A stretch of DNA of 64,000 nt from Alloascoidea hylecoeti. Its lineage: Eukaryota. Both the position numbers and the translations under genes were made by a program. Shown one piece after another: positions 11,389-23,400 of the stretch. Where the stretch lies: NCBI GenBank assembly GCA_001600815.1, contig BCKZ01000025.1, positions 62,001 through 126,000 of the forward strand, in the 5' to 3' direction. Below the pieces are notes generated by a model. That model ran no database searches, had not been told where the DNA came from, and was given only the letters and a program-made list of their open reading frames with translations. Position 1 is the first letter of the stretch, and every line of letters begins with the position of its first letter.

Positions 11389-12255
11389 CGGGTACGCCGT
11401 TGCCATGGCGCCCACCGCAGCCGGCAGGTTCCGCGCATCTATCAGCGCCACGTGCAGCCGGGACTCGGCGCCGTAGTCGTAAAAAGCTCGCTTGGAGTCG
11501 GCCTGCTGCCCTTCTTCTCTGTAGTCGAACGACTTGTGGTACGTGGCGTACCTGTTGAGCACCTCGTTCTCCTCGTAGTAGTAGAACACCTGCTTGGCGT
11601 CCTTCATCTTCTTGCTGCGGTGCGTGTCCTCCTCCTCCACCGCGCTGGACGCCTCCGTGAACGACCGCGTCAGCAGAATATACTGGTCGAACTCGTACTC
11701 TCCGTCGTCCCTTTCGCGCGCCTCTTCCATCTCGTGCAGCAGGAATTTGAACAGCGGCGCCATTATCTGCGTCGGCATGTTTATGATGCGCTCGCTGACC
11801 AGCCATCCAACTTTGCTCCTGGAGTTAACATCCAGAACTTTCCTCAACGCTAGATTAAATTCTAATGTTTTCGAGCTTCTTTCCAGCAAGTATCCTATTA
11901 GCTTCTTAACACATGTTTCTTCTTTGTACTGTTTCAAATTTAACACCGTCAATATCCCAAATGGATCACTATCGATCCCATTGCATTTAACTGTACTACC
12001 AACCTGTTGTTTTAAGATTAAATCCGTCAATTGTGAAATTTCAATATAATTTGTATTTTTTGAGTCCGATTCAAATAATTTCTTTAAAAAATTGGAAATT
12101 GAGTGGAAATCTGTATCTGGTTTTAAATTGAAAAAATCAAAATCAACATNAACTATTTCTGNCTCTGAATCGGAATTACCTGATGATGATGAATTTGATG
12201 ATGAATTTGATGATGCTGATGATATTGAGTCTGATCTAGTTTTTCGTTTGGACAT
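11383..12255 (-). CDS. BCP1: Bcp1/BCCIP 60S biogenesis factor
   Basis: VDFDFF..DFHSISNFLKKLF, VGSTVK..DPFGILTVLNL, GWLVSERIINMP, ADSKRAFYDYG. Confidence 0.93.
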   Translation of the reverse strand: MSKRKTRSDSISSASSNSSSNSSSSGNSDSEXEIVXVDFDFFNLKPDTDFHSISNFLKKLFESDSKNTNYIEISQLTDLILKQQVGSTVKCNGIDSDPFGILTVLNLKQYKEETCVKKLIGYLLERSSKTLEFNLALRKVLDVNSRSKVGWLVSERIINMPTQIMAPLFKFLLHEMEEARERDDGEYEFDQYILLTRSFTEASSAVEEEDTHRSKKMKDAKQVFYYYEENEVLNRYATYHKSFDYREEGQQADSKRAFYDYGAESRLHVALIDARNLPAAVGAMATAYPV

Positions 12256-12549
12256 TATATTGTTATTGTTATTGTTATTGTTATTGCTATGTATGATAGT
12301 AAAAATTTTAAATTGAATTTGAATTGGAACTCTTCTTAACTTTCAAAAAAAATTACAGTTACTATGGTATATCTGGTACTGTAAGTATATCTCAGTACAA
12401 TCTATATTTTTTTTTTATCATCATCATCATCATCATCATAGTATATTATTCAATTATATAACTGTTTATTTCAGTTTTGGAACTTTTTTTTTATTTATTT
12501 ATTTAACTTTAATATCAATTAATAAATTAAAATATTTAAAGTTGATGCT

Positions 12550-14112
12550 ATGCCATTGGTTAATGAATATTCAGATTCTTCAGATTCAAATTCTGCTTCA
12601 GAAACTGAAAACATCGTACCATTCAAACCATTAAATCGAATAAACCTAGCCCCTCAAGTCCTAAACATCCCCACACAATCCCAATTAACATTATCATCTT
12701 CATATAATATACCATATGAACCACCAAAACCAATACAAGGTCCATTAAATCCATTTGATTTAAATAATGATTCAATTAAAAAAAATTTACCAACTGGGTT
12801 TGGAGCTGAAGAAATGTATGATTCAACTATTTTTGAAATACAAAGGAAAAGATTTCAAAATCAACAAGATAAAGAATCTAAAAATTTAAAAAAAAAATTA
12901 AAAAGGATAAAATTAGATGAAATTAAACAAAAAAATATAAAATTTGATCAAGATAAAAAAATTAATGATAATGATAATGAAGATGAAGATGAAGATGACC
13001 ACGATATTGAATCAGATGAATCAGATGATATAATTGGTCCTACTCTAACAAAACCTAAAAATCAATCAATTGAAACAACTGAATTCTATGGTTCAAATGA
13101 ATTTGATTATCTTGGTAGAACATATATGCATATTCCTCAAGATTTAGATATATCATTAACAAAAGAACCAGGATCACAACAATGTTTTATTCCTAAAAAA
13201 TTAATCCATACATTTCCTGGTCATAATAATGGAGTTACATCTTTACAATTTATACCAAATTCTGGGCATTTATTATTATCTGGTGGATCTGATTCAAAAA
13301 TTAAAATATGGGATATTTATCATAATAATTATGAATTATTAAGAATTAATTATGGACATTTTAAACCAATTAAAGATTTATCTTTTAATTCGATTGGTGA
13401 TAAATTTTTAAGTTCAAGTTTTGATAAAAAAATTAAATTATGGGATACAGAAACTGGGAAATGTTTAAATCGTTATAATCCATTTTCTTTACCAAATTGT
13501 TTAAAATTTAATCCTTTAAATAATAATGAATTTATAACTGGTTTATCAAATAATAAAATTTTACAATATGATTTAAGATTATCACCAAATGAAATTATAC
13601 AAACTTATGATCATCATTTAAATTCTGTAAATTCTTTAACATTTGTTGATAATAATCAAAGATTTATGTCAACTAGTTCAGATGGTTCAATTCGTGTTTG
13701 GGAATGGCAAATTAATGTACCAATTAAATTTATCTCTGATCCTTCCCAATTTTCAATATCACAAACAATTTTACATCCATCTGGAAAATATATTGCAGGA
13801 CAAGCAATGAATAATAATATCTTGGTATTTGGTGCAACAAATAAATCAAAATTTAGACAATATAATAAAAAATCTTTTAATGGTCATAATGTTGCTGGTT
13901 ATAATATTCAATTAAATTTTTCTCCTGATGGTTCATATTTAATGAGTGGTGATTCAAATGGTTTTGCTTGGTTTTGGGATTGGAAAACTTGTAAAATTTT
14001 AAAAAAATTAAAAATTGATGATAAACCAATTTTATGTATTACTCCAAATCCTCAAGAAACAAGTAAAGTTGCAATGGCTGGTTTAGGTGGTAGAATATTT
14101 TATTATGATTGA
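12550..14112 (+). CDS. CDC40: Pre-mRNA splicing factor Prp17/Cdc40 (WD40)
   Basis: EFYGSNEFDYLGRTYMHIPQD, CFIPKKLIHTFPGH, IIQTYDHHL, WEWQINVPIKFI, GHNVAGY, PQETSKVA. Confidence 0.95.
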   Translation: MPLVNEYSDSSDSNSASETENIVPFKPLNRINLAPQVLNIPTQSQLTLSSSYNIPYEPPKPIQGPLNPFDLNNDSIKKNLPTGFGAEEMYDSTIFEIQRKRFQNQQDKESKNLKKKLKRIKLDEIKQKNIKFDQDKKINDNDNEDEDEDDHDIESDESDDIIGPTLTKPKNQSIETTEFYGSNEFDYLGRTYMHIPQDLDISLTKEPGSQQCFIPKKLIHTFPGHNNGVTSLQFIPNSGHLLLSGGSDSKIKIWDIYHNNYELLRINYGHFKPIKDLSFNSIGDKFLSSSFDKKIKLWDTETGKCLNRYNPFSLPNCLKFNPLNNNEFITGLSNNKILQYDLRLSPNEIIQTYDHHLNSVNSLTFVDNNQRFMSTSSDGSIRVWEWQINVPIKFISDPSQFSISQTILHPSGKYIAGQAMNNNILVFGATNKSKFRQYNKKSFNGHNVAGYNIQLNFSPDGSYLMSGDSNGFAWFWDWKTCKILKKLKIDDKPILCITPNPQETSKVAMAGLGGRIFYYD

Positions 14113-14903
14113 TTAATTAGTTAATTATTACCATATAACATATTTCCAATGTATTTGAAATTTAAACTCTCTTTTCGTAAATCAAATATATATAAATAAA
14201 AGTACCAATTTTGAAAAAAATAAATATAAATCACAAGCGCTTTAAGTTAAAAAAATATCACATCATAATTGTAACAAAAATACACACTAAAATATATATA
14301 TATATAATTTATAAATATTTTCAGACTAGTAAGATTAATTAAATATATTCATAATAAAAATTCATCTCTTTTTCCAGATTTGGTAATTCGTGGTTGCCAC
14401 ACAGTTTAACCTCATGAATAGTTTAACGTTAAAACTATATGAAAATTAGGAAATAAGTTACTATCTATATCACTCACAAGCACTGCCATTAATATATATA
14501 TTATAACTATTTTTTTTTTTTTCATAAAGGATCATTAAAGCTCTAAATTAAATCATTTATTTCAAAAAGAAAAAGAAAAAAATAAAAATAAAAATAAAAA
14601 TAAAAATATCTATATTAAGTGAGTGAAATGACTATATTTAAGTCTTTGTGGGTTAGATATTGAATAATTATTAAAAATATAATGAATGTGTTGGTTGCGC
14701 TCCTATATATATATAGCAGCTGAACTTACCTATTTCGAAAGGTGCATATGTTTTTAACTCGTTAAAATTTTTTGTATGCTATCCTTATAAAAGATGGGTT
14801 TCTCCACAGTCTTAATGATTCTTATCCTTTATTATAATATTAAAAAATATAGTAACATCTACACACTTATTACTAATTTGAAATATTGATACATACACAA
14901 CGA

Positions 14904-15812
14904 ATGAACAAAATCATCATGAGTAATAACGAACATCATGGTATAACGGATCCACTATCATTGACCCCACAGAGAGAAATTGAACAAATCCAAGAAACAA
15001 GAGAGCATCCAATCATCAAGGAAACTAAAAATATCACCGTCGAACACTGTAGATTGCTTGTACCCGTTATGAAGAATATACGTGTTTATTATGCGATACT
15101 GGACCTCCAAATATCCAGTGGACAAAGTTTTACAATTGATTCTACGGTTGAGATCGCGACTACTCCTAGTCTTACACAGGAACTTAGAGAACTAGATACG
15201 ATAAGATATTGTTTTGAAAACTGTGAGGATCGTTTGGTTCCTTTAGCATTAGCACTACTGTTATGGTACTCATCTGATGTAGTTTCTCTTCTTTTTAATG
15301 AAATCAAGTCAGTTGCTAACTTAATTAATGATACAAATTACCATTTGAGAGATTATCCAACTGAGGATGCGACTAGACTACAGTGGGTTTTAGAACTATT
15401 GATATGCATAGCAGAACATCGTGACCTGAAGAGTCTACTCCTTGAATGCTCTCCTATCTCATACTTGTTACCAATTATATTTAAAATTTCAAGAATGGAA
15501 TATCCATCTTTAAACACTAGGAATGTTATGATATTATGTTTAAATCTTATATCTACTCTTCTATCGGATAATATTCCAACAGTAATTAGAGATGTTAATT
15601 ATGTATCAATCACTCTACAGATTATACACGTTTGGAATTGTTTATATTTCATAAATAATTATACCTATTCTCGGGCAGGTCTAACACCAGAGCAAATTGA
15701 TGAGCTATTTGATCAGCAGTATGATATGATGGAATATAAGTCAACAATGAAACAGTTTTATCACACTATTGAAAGTTACAGAGATTTGTTAATTATTCCA
15801 AACATTATATAG
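14904..15812 (+). CDS. Highly divergent Rcd1/Caf40 (CNOT9)-like ARM protein
   Basis: LALLLWYSSDVVSLLFNEIKSV and RLQWVLELLICIAEHRDLKSLLLECSPISYLLP resemble, from recall, Rcd1 LAxxLWHSFGxxxxLLQEIxxxY and RVCNALALLQCVASHPETRxxFLxAHIPLFLYP. Confidence 0.65.
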   Translation: MNKIIMSNNEHHGITDPLSLTPQREIEQIQETREHPIIKETKNITVEHCRLLVPVMKNIRVYYAILDLQISSGQSFTIDSTVEIATTPSLTQELRELDTIRYCFENCEDRLVPLALALLLWYSSDVVSLLFNEIKSVANLINDTNYHLRDYPTEDATRLQWVLELLICIAEHRDLKSLLLECSPISYLLPIIFKISRMEYPSLNTRNVMILCLNLISTLLSDNIPTVIRDVNYVSITLQIIHVWNCLYFINNYTYSRAGLTPEQIDELFDQQYDMMEYKSTMKQFYHTIESYRDLLIIPNII

Positions 15813-16911
15813 ATGTCATGGCCATGCTGGTCTCTCTGTGTGTGATTGGGGAAATGGACCTATAGCAACATGTAAATATTTATTAAATTTCCAGTGGTGA
15901 GAATTATTCATTACTTACATGATTCATACTTATATAATGTATTACATATAGTATGAAGAGTATAAAAATTATTATGAAGTCCATGGACTCATGAGTTGCT
16001 CGTTTCAAATTTTCAGATCAACACACATCTCTACTACATAGTGGATGTGATGAATTTTTTTTTTTTTTTCAGAAATGCGTAAAACTATTTATAATCTTTA
16101 AAATTAGTTTACAATATCTCAACCATTCAAAATATAAATGAGATACCGACTACAGAATAAAGATATCATCTCGTATGTTTGTTCCGATTAGGTTATAATG
16201 AAGTCACTCTTGAACCACAAGACGCGTCTGCTTTCATAAACCACTCGCACCTTATTTGGAGTATACCATGCATAATCCAACTGACGGAATCCCAAAGTCA
16301 TCTTATATAAATCGTAGGAGTATAATAAGAGGATTACAATAATTTTGGATGTAGAACATGCGATATTCTTTTATTATGGAGAAGTTTAAGGGAAAGGACT
16401 ATGTGAATATCAAAAAAGTATTATGCATATAACGGGTATGCAACATAGTAAATTACTAGTAATATCTTTTATTCAAGCTTTTGAAGATTATATTTTTCTA
16501 TGGTATAATGCTTGAACCCATAAATCAAAAAATCTAGGTAGATTATATACCAATAAACAAAGATTTAACTATTCAAAAAATCCTTTCGCAATACCTGTTG
16601 ACACTATAGTGCTTACAACACCTAGTAGTAGATGATGCAAATCTTTATAAAGGGTAAAAAGGGATCTATAATTTGTGTCTTGGAGAAAATGTGACGTCCA
16701 AAGTTTGCTTTGTGTCAAAAATTCAGAATGAAGGAAGGAACTTTTATTTGTTCTAATGCCCAAAGATATTATATTAATACCAACTTCCCCATATAACAGC
16801 TCTCAGTGTGTTTCTACTACGATTAAAAAATATATAAGCTTATATATATTATTGATTATATGTACAACATTATAAAATGTAATAATATATTTTTATTTCT
16901 ATGTATATAAA

Positions 16912-18252
16912 TTATGCGTAGAATGAAACAGATTTCGATTTCCTTGCTTGAACTTCAGCAATTGCATCAACAAAATCTTCATGTTTAATACTTGATTGAC
17001 CATTTCTTAAAGCAATCATACCAGCTTCAACAGAAACTGCTTTTAATTGAGCACCATTAAATTCATCAGTACTTCTTGCTAATTCTTGCCAATTAATTGA
17101 ATTCATATCAACAGTTAATTTTTTTGAATGAATTTGTAAAATACTTGCTCTTGCTTCTTCAGTTGGTAATGGGAATTCAATTTTTCGATCTAATCTACCA
17201 CTTCTTAATAAAGCAGGATCTAAAACATCAACTCTATTTGTTGCTGCTAATACTTTAACACGATCATCACTTCCAAAACCATCCAATTGATTTAATAATT
17301 CTAACATTGTTCGTTGAACTTCTCTATCACCACTTTTATCAGAATCAAAACGTTTTGTACCAATAGCATCTAATTCGTCAATAAAAATAATCGTTGGTGC
17401 TTTTTCTTTAGCTAGAGCAAAAGCATCTCTAACTAATTTAGCACCATCACCAATAAACATTTGAACTAATTGAGGAGCAGCTAATTTTAAAAACGTAGCA
17501 TTTGTTTGAGCAGCACAAGCTCTTGCTAATAAAGTTTTACCAGTACCTGGAGGACCATACATTAATGCACCTTTTGGAGGTTTAATACCTAGATTTTTAA
17601 ATCTTTCAGCTTCTTTCATTGGTAATACAACAGCTTCAACCAATTCTTCAATTTGCTTATCTAAACCACCAATATCACCATAAGTTTCAGTTGGTTTTTC
17701 ATCAACTTCCATTGCTTTAACTCTACTATCATATTCAGCAGGTAAAGTATCTAAAATTAAATAAGAATCTTTATTAACACCAATTAAATCACCAGGTTTT
17801 AAATTTTCAGGATCAACCAAACCAATTAATGGTAAAAAGATAGTTTGTCTTGTTGAAGTTTTAACAACTGCACTTTTCCCAACTCTTGTTGCATCTAAAT
17901 CCACATTAGCACCTTCATCAGTGGCGTCAGCTTCAGCTTCCATATCTAATAATTCAACAACATTACCAACTAAATAAGGTAATTGTCTATTATTTTCAAT
18001 TTTTTCTTTATTATCTTTAATTTTTTCTAGCATTGTTGTCTTTTCATGATTTAATCTTTGTAACTCAGATTTCATTACTTTTATATCATTATCTAAAAGT
18101 TTTGCACGATTTGTAATATCAAGAGTTGAAAGACGTAAGATTTCTTCATCAAGATCATCATCTGTTGTAGTTGATTCATTCTTGGTGTTATTTTCAGAGT
18201 TATTATTGCCATTAAGGCCATCGAGAGCATCCAATTCTTCTAGTGTTGACAT
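16912..18252 (-). CDS. RPT5: 26S proteasome AAA ATPase Rpt5
   Basis: [61 protein letters not shown]-terminal HbYX tail FYA. Confidence 0.98.
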   Translation of the reverse strand: MSTLEELDALDGLNGNNNSENNTKNESTTTDDDLDEEILRLSTLDITNRAKLLDNDIKVMKSELQRLNHEKTTMLEKIKDNKEKIENNRQLPYLVGNVVELLDMEAEADATDEGANVDLDATRVGKSAVVKTSTRQTIFLPLIGLVDPENLKPGDLIGVNKDSYLILDTLPAEYDSRVKAMEVDEKPTETYGDIGGLDKQIEELVEAVVLPMKEAERFKNLGIKPPKGALMYGPPGTGKTLLARACAAQTNATFLKLAAPQLVQMFIGDGAKLVRDAFALAKEKAPTIIFIDELDAIGTKRFDSDKSGDREVQRTMLELLNQLDGFGSDDRVKVLAATNRVDVLDPALLRSGRLDRKIEFPLPTEEARASILQIHSKKLTVDMNSINWQELARSTDEFNGAQLKAVSVEAGMIALRNGQSSIKHEDFVDAIAEVQARKSKSVSFYA

Positions 18253-18275
18253 GATTATTGATTTTTATATATGGT

Positions 18276-18284
18276 AGTGGCAAA
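18276..18284 (+). promoter_or_regulatory. PACE-like Rpn4 site AGTGGCAAA upstream of RPT5
   Basis: One mismatch to GGTGGCAAA, 24 bp upstream of the start codon of a proteasome gene. Confidence 0.65.
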
Positions 18285-18596
18285 CTTGAGTAGTTAACTT
18301 TAAAAGCAGGGTAATGTTTTTACATCGATATTTTTCAACACCATACACGTATTTATTCAAAATTTTAAAAAAAATATAAAATTAAATGCTTTATATCATT
18401 ATATATACAGCATTATTTATTAGCTAGATTTTTAGAATATCAATGCAATATACTATATATATTTTTTATATGTTTTACACATTTTCCAGGCACAAACACA
18501 CACAATTTTTTTTTCCTTTTTTGACTTTTCATCATTTGTTTATCATTTCATTTTTTGATCATATAAGGATAATTTAAATTAATTATAAATATCAAA

Positions 18597-19816
18597 TTAA
18601 TAACCAGTTTTCCATAATTGTTTTCTTCTACCATTAATTGATTTTCTAATAATTTCAACACCATTTTTACCACCACCAAAACTTAAAACAACACTTTCTT
18701 CAAAAAATTTATTCATTTCTAAATTTCTTAATTTTCTTAATGAAATAACATCTCTTGCGAAAGAATGTCTTGACATTTGATTTTTAAATTTTAAAGTATC
18801 ATTTTCTAATAAATTTTTTAAAATTGTAAATGGTAAAATAGTTAATATAATTTGTATATTTGATGGTAAATCAGAACATTTTGCTTCTTGATTATTTGTT
18901 TGAGCTTCTGATATTGTATTTAAAAGATGAGAAAGAAGATTTGGAAGGAATGAACAGGTATATGGTGGGTATGGACCTTCATGATTAGGAAGAATTTCTT
19001 GATTATTAGGAGCAACTGCTGGGTTTATAACTCTTGGTGGTGTTGCTGCAGATGGAGTTGTAGAATTAGAAGTAGAACGAGAGCCAGGATTAGATGACTG
19101 TTGTTGTAATTGTTGTTGAGATGGTTGTAAAATAAATTTAAACAAATCAAGTAAAGTTTCTTCAGATATAGATTGTCTTAAAAGATTTCTACCAAAAGAA
19201 GCAACTTTATCTAAACCTAAGAAAAGACCTGTGGCAATAAGTGATTTACCTAATTGGAATTTTTGTTTATCATCATCTGCTATTCCAGAAGATTCAAGAT
19301 CAAGTTCTAAGGGGTGACCGTAAAGAGTAGAAATTGCCATTGATAAAGCAATAGTAGTTATATTTTCATCTGGGATGGATAAAGATATATGAAATGGAGG
19401 ACCTGGTTGAAGAGAAAGATACTGATACAATAATGGGCATTGTGAAATAAAAAGGGAGTGAACTCTGAGAGGAGGATGATGTTGTAGTTCCAACAAAGTA
19501 TCTGACCATGCTGCGTGGATGAAACCAGCCTGGTAAACATAAGAAGCAGTTTCCTATATAATGGTTAGCATGATGAGTCACGAAAAGGATGTTTCAAAGA
19601 AGGTGATTAATTACTTACTAAAGCAGCTGATTGGACAAGTTGCTGTGTGTCGACATGTCCTGGGAGGTTGGGGATGGTAGGAACAGCAGGAACAAGCTGG
19701 ATAGATCCATTGAGCCTTCCTTGTCCTGGATTAGAAGGAAGGTTGCCGTTGGCCCCAGAAGGATTTGGGTGGTATTTTCCGTTAGCTGGAGGAGGGGCCG
19801 CCTGTGGGAGAGACAT
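18597..19816 (-). CDS. BTB/POZ-like protein; exons 19816-19619, 19553-18597
   Basis: Intron GTAAGT..TGCTAAC..TAG. The spliced product reads YVYQAGFIHAAWSDTLLEL..LRVHSLFISQCPLL..DENITTIALSMAISTLYG, a BTB-type pattern. Confidence 0.7.
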
Positions 19817-20001
19817 TGGGAACTTCAAACTGGAGAAGGTGAAACTTGGAGGTGACGAAGTGAAAAGTTCAGCAGGTGGAAAGAGGTACTCATTATAATA
19901 TTGCTTATTCGCACCCACTACAGTTACAATTACGCAATTATTAGTAGAGATTAATCGGTAAAAAGTATATTGATCAATTGACACAAAACATTCGTTTTAC
20001 T

Positions 20002-20342
20002 CTATTTATTCTTGCTCAGTTCGGCCCTGTTTAACAGTTAGTACGAAGCAGCCACAGATGGTAATAAATATCATCTTACTTTAACTGTTTGGAAAACTCA
20101 TCCTCGGCATCATCATCATCGTCCCAATCTTGCTCCCACAGATGTTGTTGTGTTTGTTCGCCAACAGTCTGTTCATCGCTCCAGTCTACTTTTGTGTTAG
20201 TGCCACCAGAACTTTCTGTTGTGTCGAACAACATACCTTCAACGGGAAAGTCTTCAAACTCGTCATCATCTTCTAGTGTAACAAGGGCATCTTTCTCTTC
20301 CTTTGCAATTGGCTTGGGGACTTCTTCTTTCTTGGTGGACAT
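20002..20342 (-). CDS. SEM1: Sem1/Dss1 proteasome lid and TREX-2 subunit; exons 20342-20237, 20185-20080, 20026-20002
   Basis: LEDDDEFEDFPVEDW, HLWEQDWDDDD, EDEFSKQLKAEL. Introns GTATGT..CTAAC..TAG and GTAAGA..TACTAAC..CAG. Confidence 0.95.
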
Positions 20343-20472
20343 TGTGAATAGTAGTGAATAACTGAGATAATTGAAGATTCTGGATGTGGTTATTAAACAC
20401 CCACCCACCATCAGATTTCAAAATAAATTTTAAATTTATCATGAATTAACCAGACTCCAAACTTTTTCAAAA

Positions 20473-23400
20473 ATGAAGGAAACTGTGGTTGATATTCCTC
20501 CAAAGAAAATCGCTGCCATCCAATTCACGGCTTTAACGCCGCCTGAGATCGTAGCACAATCAGAGGTCGAAGTTGCCACACGGGACTTATTTGATCTAGA
20601 CAAAGGTAGGGTTCCTAAAAAAAATGGTGCTTTAGACACAAAAATGGGTATTTCTTCAAATTCTTCTGAGTGTCAAACTTGTCATGGAAATTTAGCTACT
20701 TGTCATGGTCATTTTGGTCATGTTAAATTATCATTACCTGTTTTCCATATTGGGTATTTCAAAGCAATTATCAATATTTTACAATGTGTTTGTAAAAATT
20801 GTGCTAGTATATTATTAGATGATTCTTCAAAAAGAAGTTTTTATTCAGAATTACGAAGACCTGGTATCGACAATTTAAGAAGAATGAAAATTTTAAAAAA
20901 AATCTTAGAACAATGTAAAAAACAAAGAAGGTGTTTAGATTGTGGTTCAATAAATGGTGTGGTTAAAAAAGCCGTTGCTGGAAATGGTAATGGTGCTTTA
21001 AAAATAATACATGATACTTATAGATATATTGGTAAAAAATCTTCTCCTGAAAAAGATGAATTTGATAAACAAATGGATAATGCTGTTAAAAATAATCCTG
21101 ATTTGGATAAATTTTATAAAAGAGCAATGGATGATTTAAATCCTTTAAAAGTTTTAAATTTATTTAAAATGATTTTACCTGAAGATTGTGAATTATTAGG
21201 ATTAGATCCAAGTAATGGTGGTAGACCTGAAACTTATTTATGGAGATATTTACCTGCTCCACCAGTTTGTATTCGTCCAAGTGTTACAATGTCTGATTCA
21301 AATACAAGTAATGAAGATGATTTAACAACAAAATTATCTGAAATTGTTTTCGTTAGTAGTATGATACGTGCTGGTTTAGAAAAAGGTGTTTCAATAAATG
21401 CTTTAATGGAACAATGGGATTATCTTCAATTAGCAGTTGCAATGTATATTAATTCTGATGTTGGTCCTTCAATGATTGGTGGGAAAGTTAATAAACCAAT
21501 TCGTGCATTTTGTCAAAGATTAAAAGGTAAACAAGGTCGTTTTAGAGGAAATTTATCTGGTAAACGTGTTGATTTTTCTGGTAGAACTGTCATATCTCCA
21601 GATCCAAATCTTAAAATCGATGAAGTTGCAATACCTGATCGTGTTGCAAAAGTTTTAACTTATCCTGAAAGATGTACAAGATATAATATTGAAAAATTAA
21701 GAATTTTAATTATTAATGGTCCAACAATTTATCCAGGTGCAAATTATTTAATGAAACAAAATGAAGAAGCAAAAAGAAATTTGCGTTATGGTAATAGACA
21801 AAAATTAGCTGATGGTTTAGCAATTGGTGATATATTAGAAAGACATATTGAAGATGGTGATATTGTTTTATTTAATAGACAACCTTCTTTACATCGTTTA
21901 AGTATATTATCTCATTTTGCAAAAGTTAAACCATGGAGAACTTTTAGATTTAATGAATGTGTTTGTACACCTTATAATGCTGATTTTGATGGTGATGAAA
22001 TGAATTTACATATACCACAAACTGAAGAAGCAAGAGCTGAAGCAATGAATTTAATGGGAGTTAAAAATAATTTAGTTACTCCAAAAAGTGGTGAACCAAT
22101 TATTGCAGCTACACAAGATTTTATAACAGGTTCCTATTTAATTTCTCACAAAGATTCTTTCTTTGATAGAGCAACATTTACACAAATCTTAGCAATGATG
22201 AGTGATGGTAATTTACAATTTGATATACCACCACCAACAATTTTTAAACCTGTTTATTTATGGACAGGTAAACAAGTTTTCTCATTATTAATAAAACCAA
22301 ATAAAGAATCCAAAGTTATTATTAATTTAGAAGCTAAAAATAAAACTTTTGTTCATCCATTACCTGGTTATCCAAATGATATGTCAAGAAATGATGGTTA
22401 TGTTATAATTAGAGGTTCTAAAATCTTATGTGGTGTTATGGATAAAAGTTTACTTGGTGATGGTAAAAAACATAATGTTTTTTATACAATTTTACGTGAT
22501 TTTGGTCCTGTTGAAGCTGCAAATGCAATGAATAGAATGGCTAAAATGTGTGCAAGATTTTTAGGAAATCGTGGTTTTTCAATTGGTATTAATGATGTTA
22601 CACCTGATGCTCATTTAAGAGCAACAAAAGAAACGATGGTTGAACAATCTTATGAAAAAGTAAATGATTTAATTGAATTATTTAACCATGGAAAATTAGA
22701 AACCCAACCTGGTTGTAATGAAGAACAAACTTTAGAAGCTCAAATTGGTGGTGTATTATCAAAAGTTAGAGAAGAAGTTGGTGAAGTATGTATTAAAGAA
22801 TTACCAAATGCAAATGCTCCATTAATTATGGCTTCTTGTGGTTCAAAAGGTTCAACTTTAAATGTTTCTCAAATGGTTGCTGTTGTTGGTCAACAAATTA
22901 TTTCCGGTAGTCGTGTTCCTGATGGTTTTCAAGATAGAACATTACCGCATTTTCTTAAAAATTCAAAAACTCCTCAATCGAAAGGTTTTGTTAGAAATTC
23001 TTTCTTTTCTGGTTTAACTCCTCCTGAATTCTTGTTTCATGCTATTTCTGGTCGTGAAGGTTTAGTTGATACTGCTGTTAAAACCGCTGAAACTGGTTAC
23101 ATGTCCCGTCGTTTAATGAAATCATTAGAAGATTTAAGTATGCAATATGATACAACTGTTAGAAATTCAAGTAATGGTATTGTTCAATTTCAATATGGTG
23201 GTGATGGTTTAGATCCATTTGAAATGGAAGGTGATGCAAGACCTGTAAATTTTAAACGAACTTGGAGTCATGCTTTTAATATTACGATGAATCATGGTGA
23301 TCGTTGTTTATTACCATATCAAGTGATTGATATTTGTGATGAAATTTTAAGTGAACGTGAATCTAAATTATACAGAACTGATAATTTAGGAAATATATTA

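Noticed and set aside
10800..11850. GC island as a horizontally acquired or contaminant insert
   Set aside because: Its edges fall inside two continuous conserved eukaryotic ORFs and are gradual rather than abrupt.
10806..12049. Several overlapping 70-170 aa ORFs on both strands in the GC peak
   Set aside because: Shadow ORFs expected from stop-codon scarcity in GC-rich DNA; the PEX30 and BCP1 frames explain the region.
773..12162. Scattered single N bases confined to the first ~12 kb
   Set aside because: Most likely assembly ambiguity or heterozygous sites; frames are preserved.
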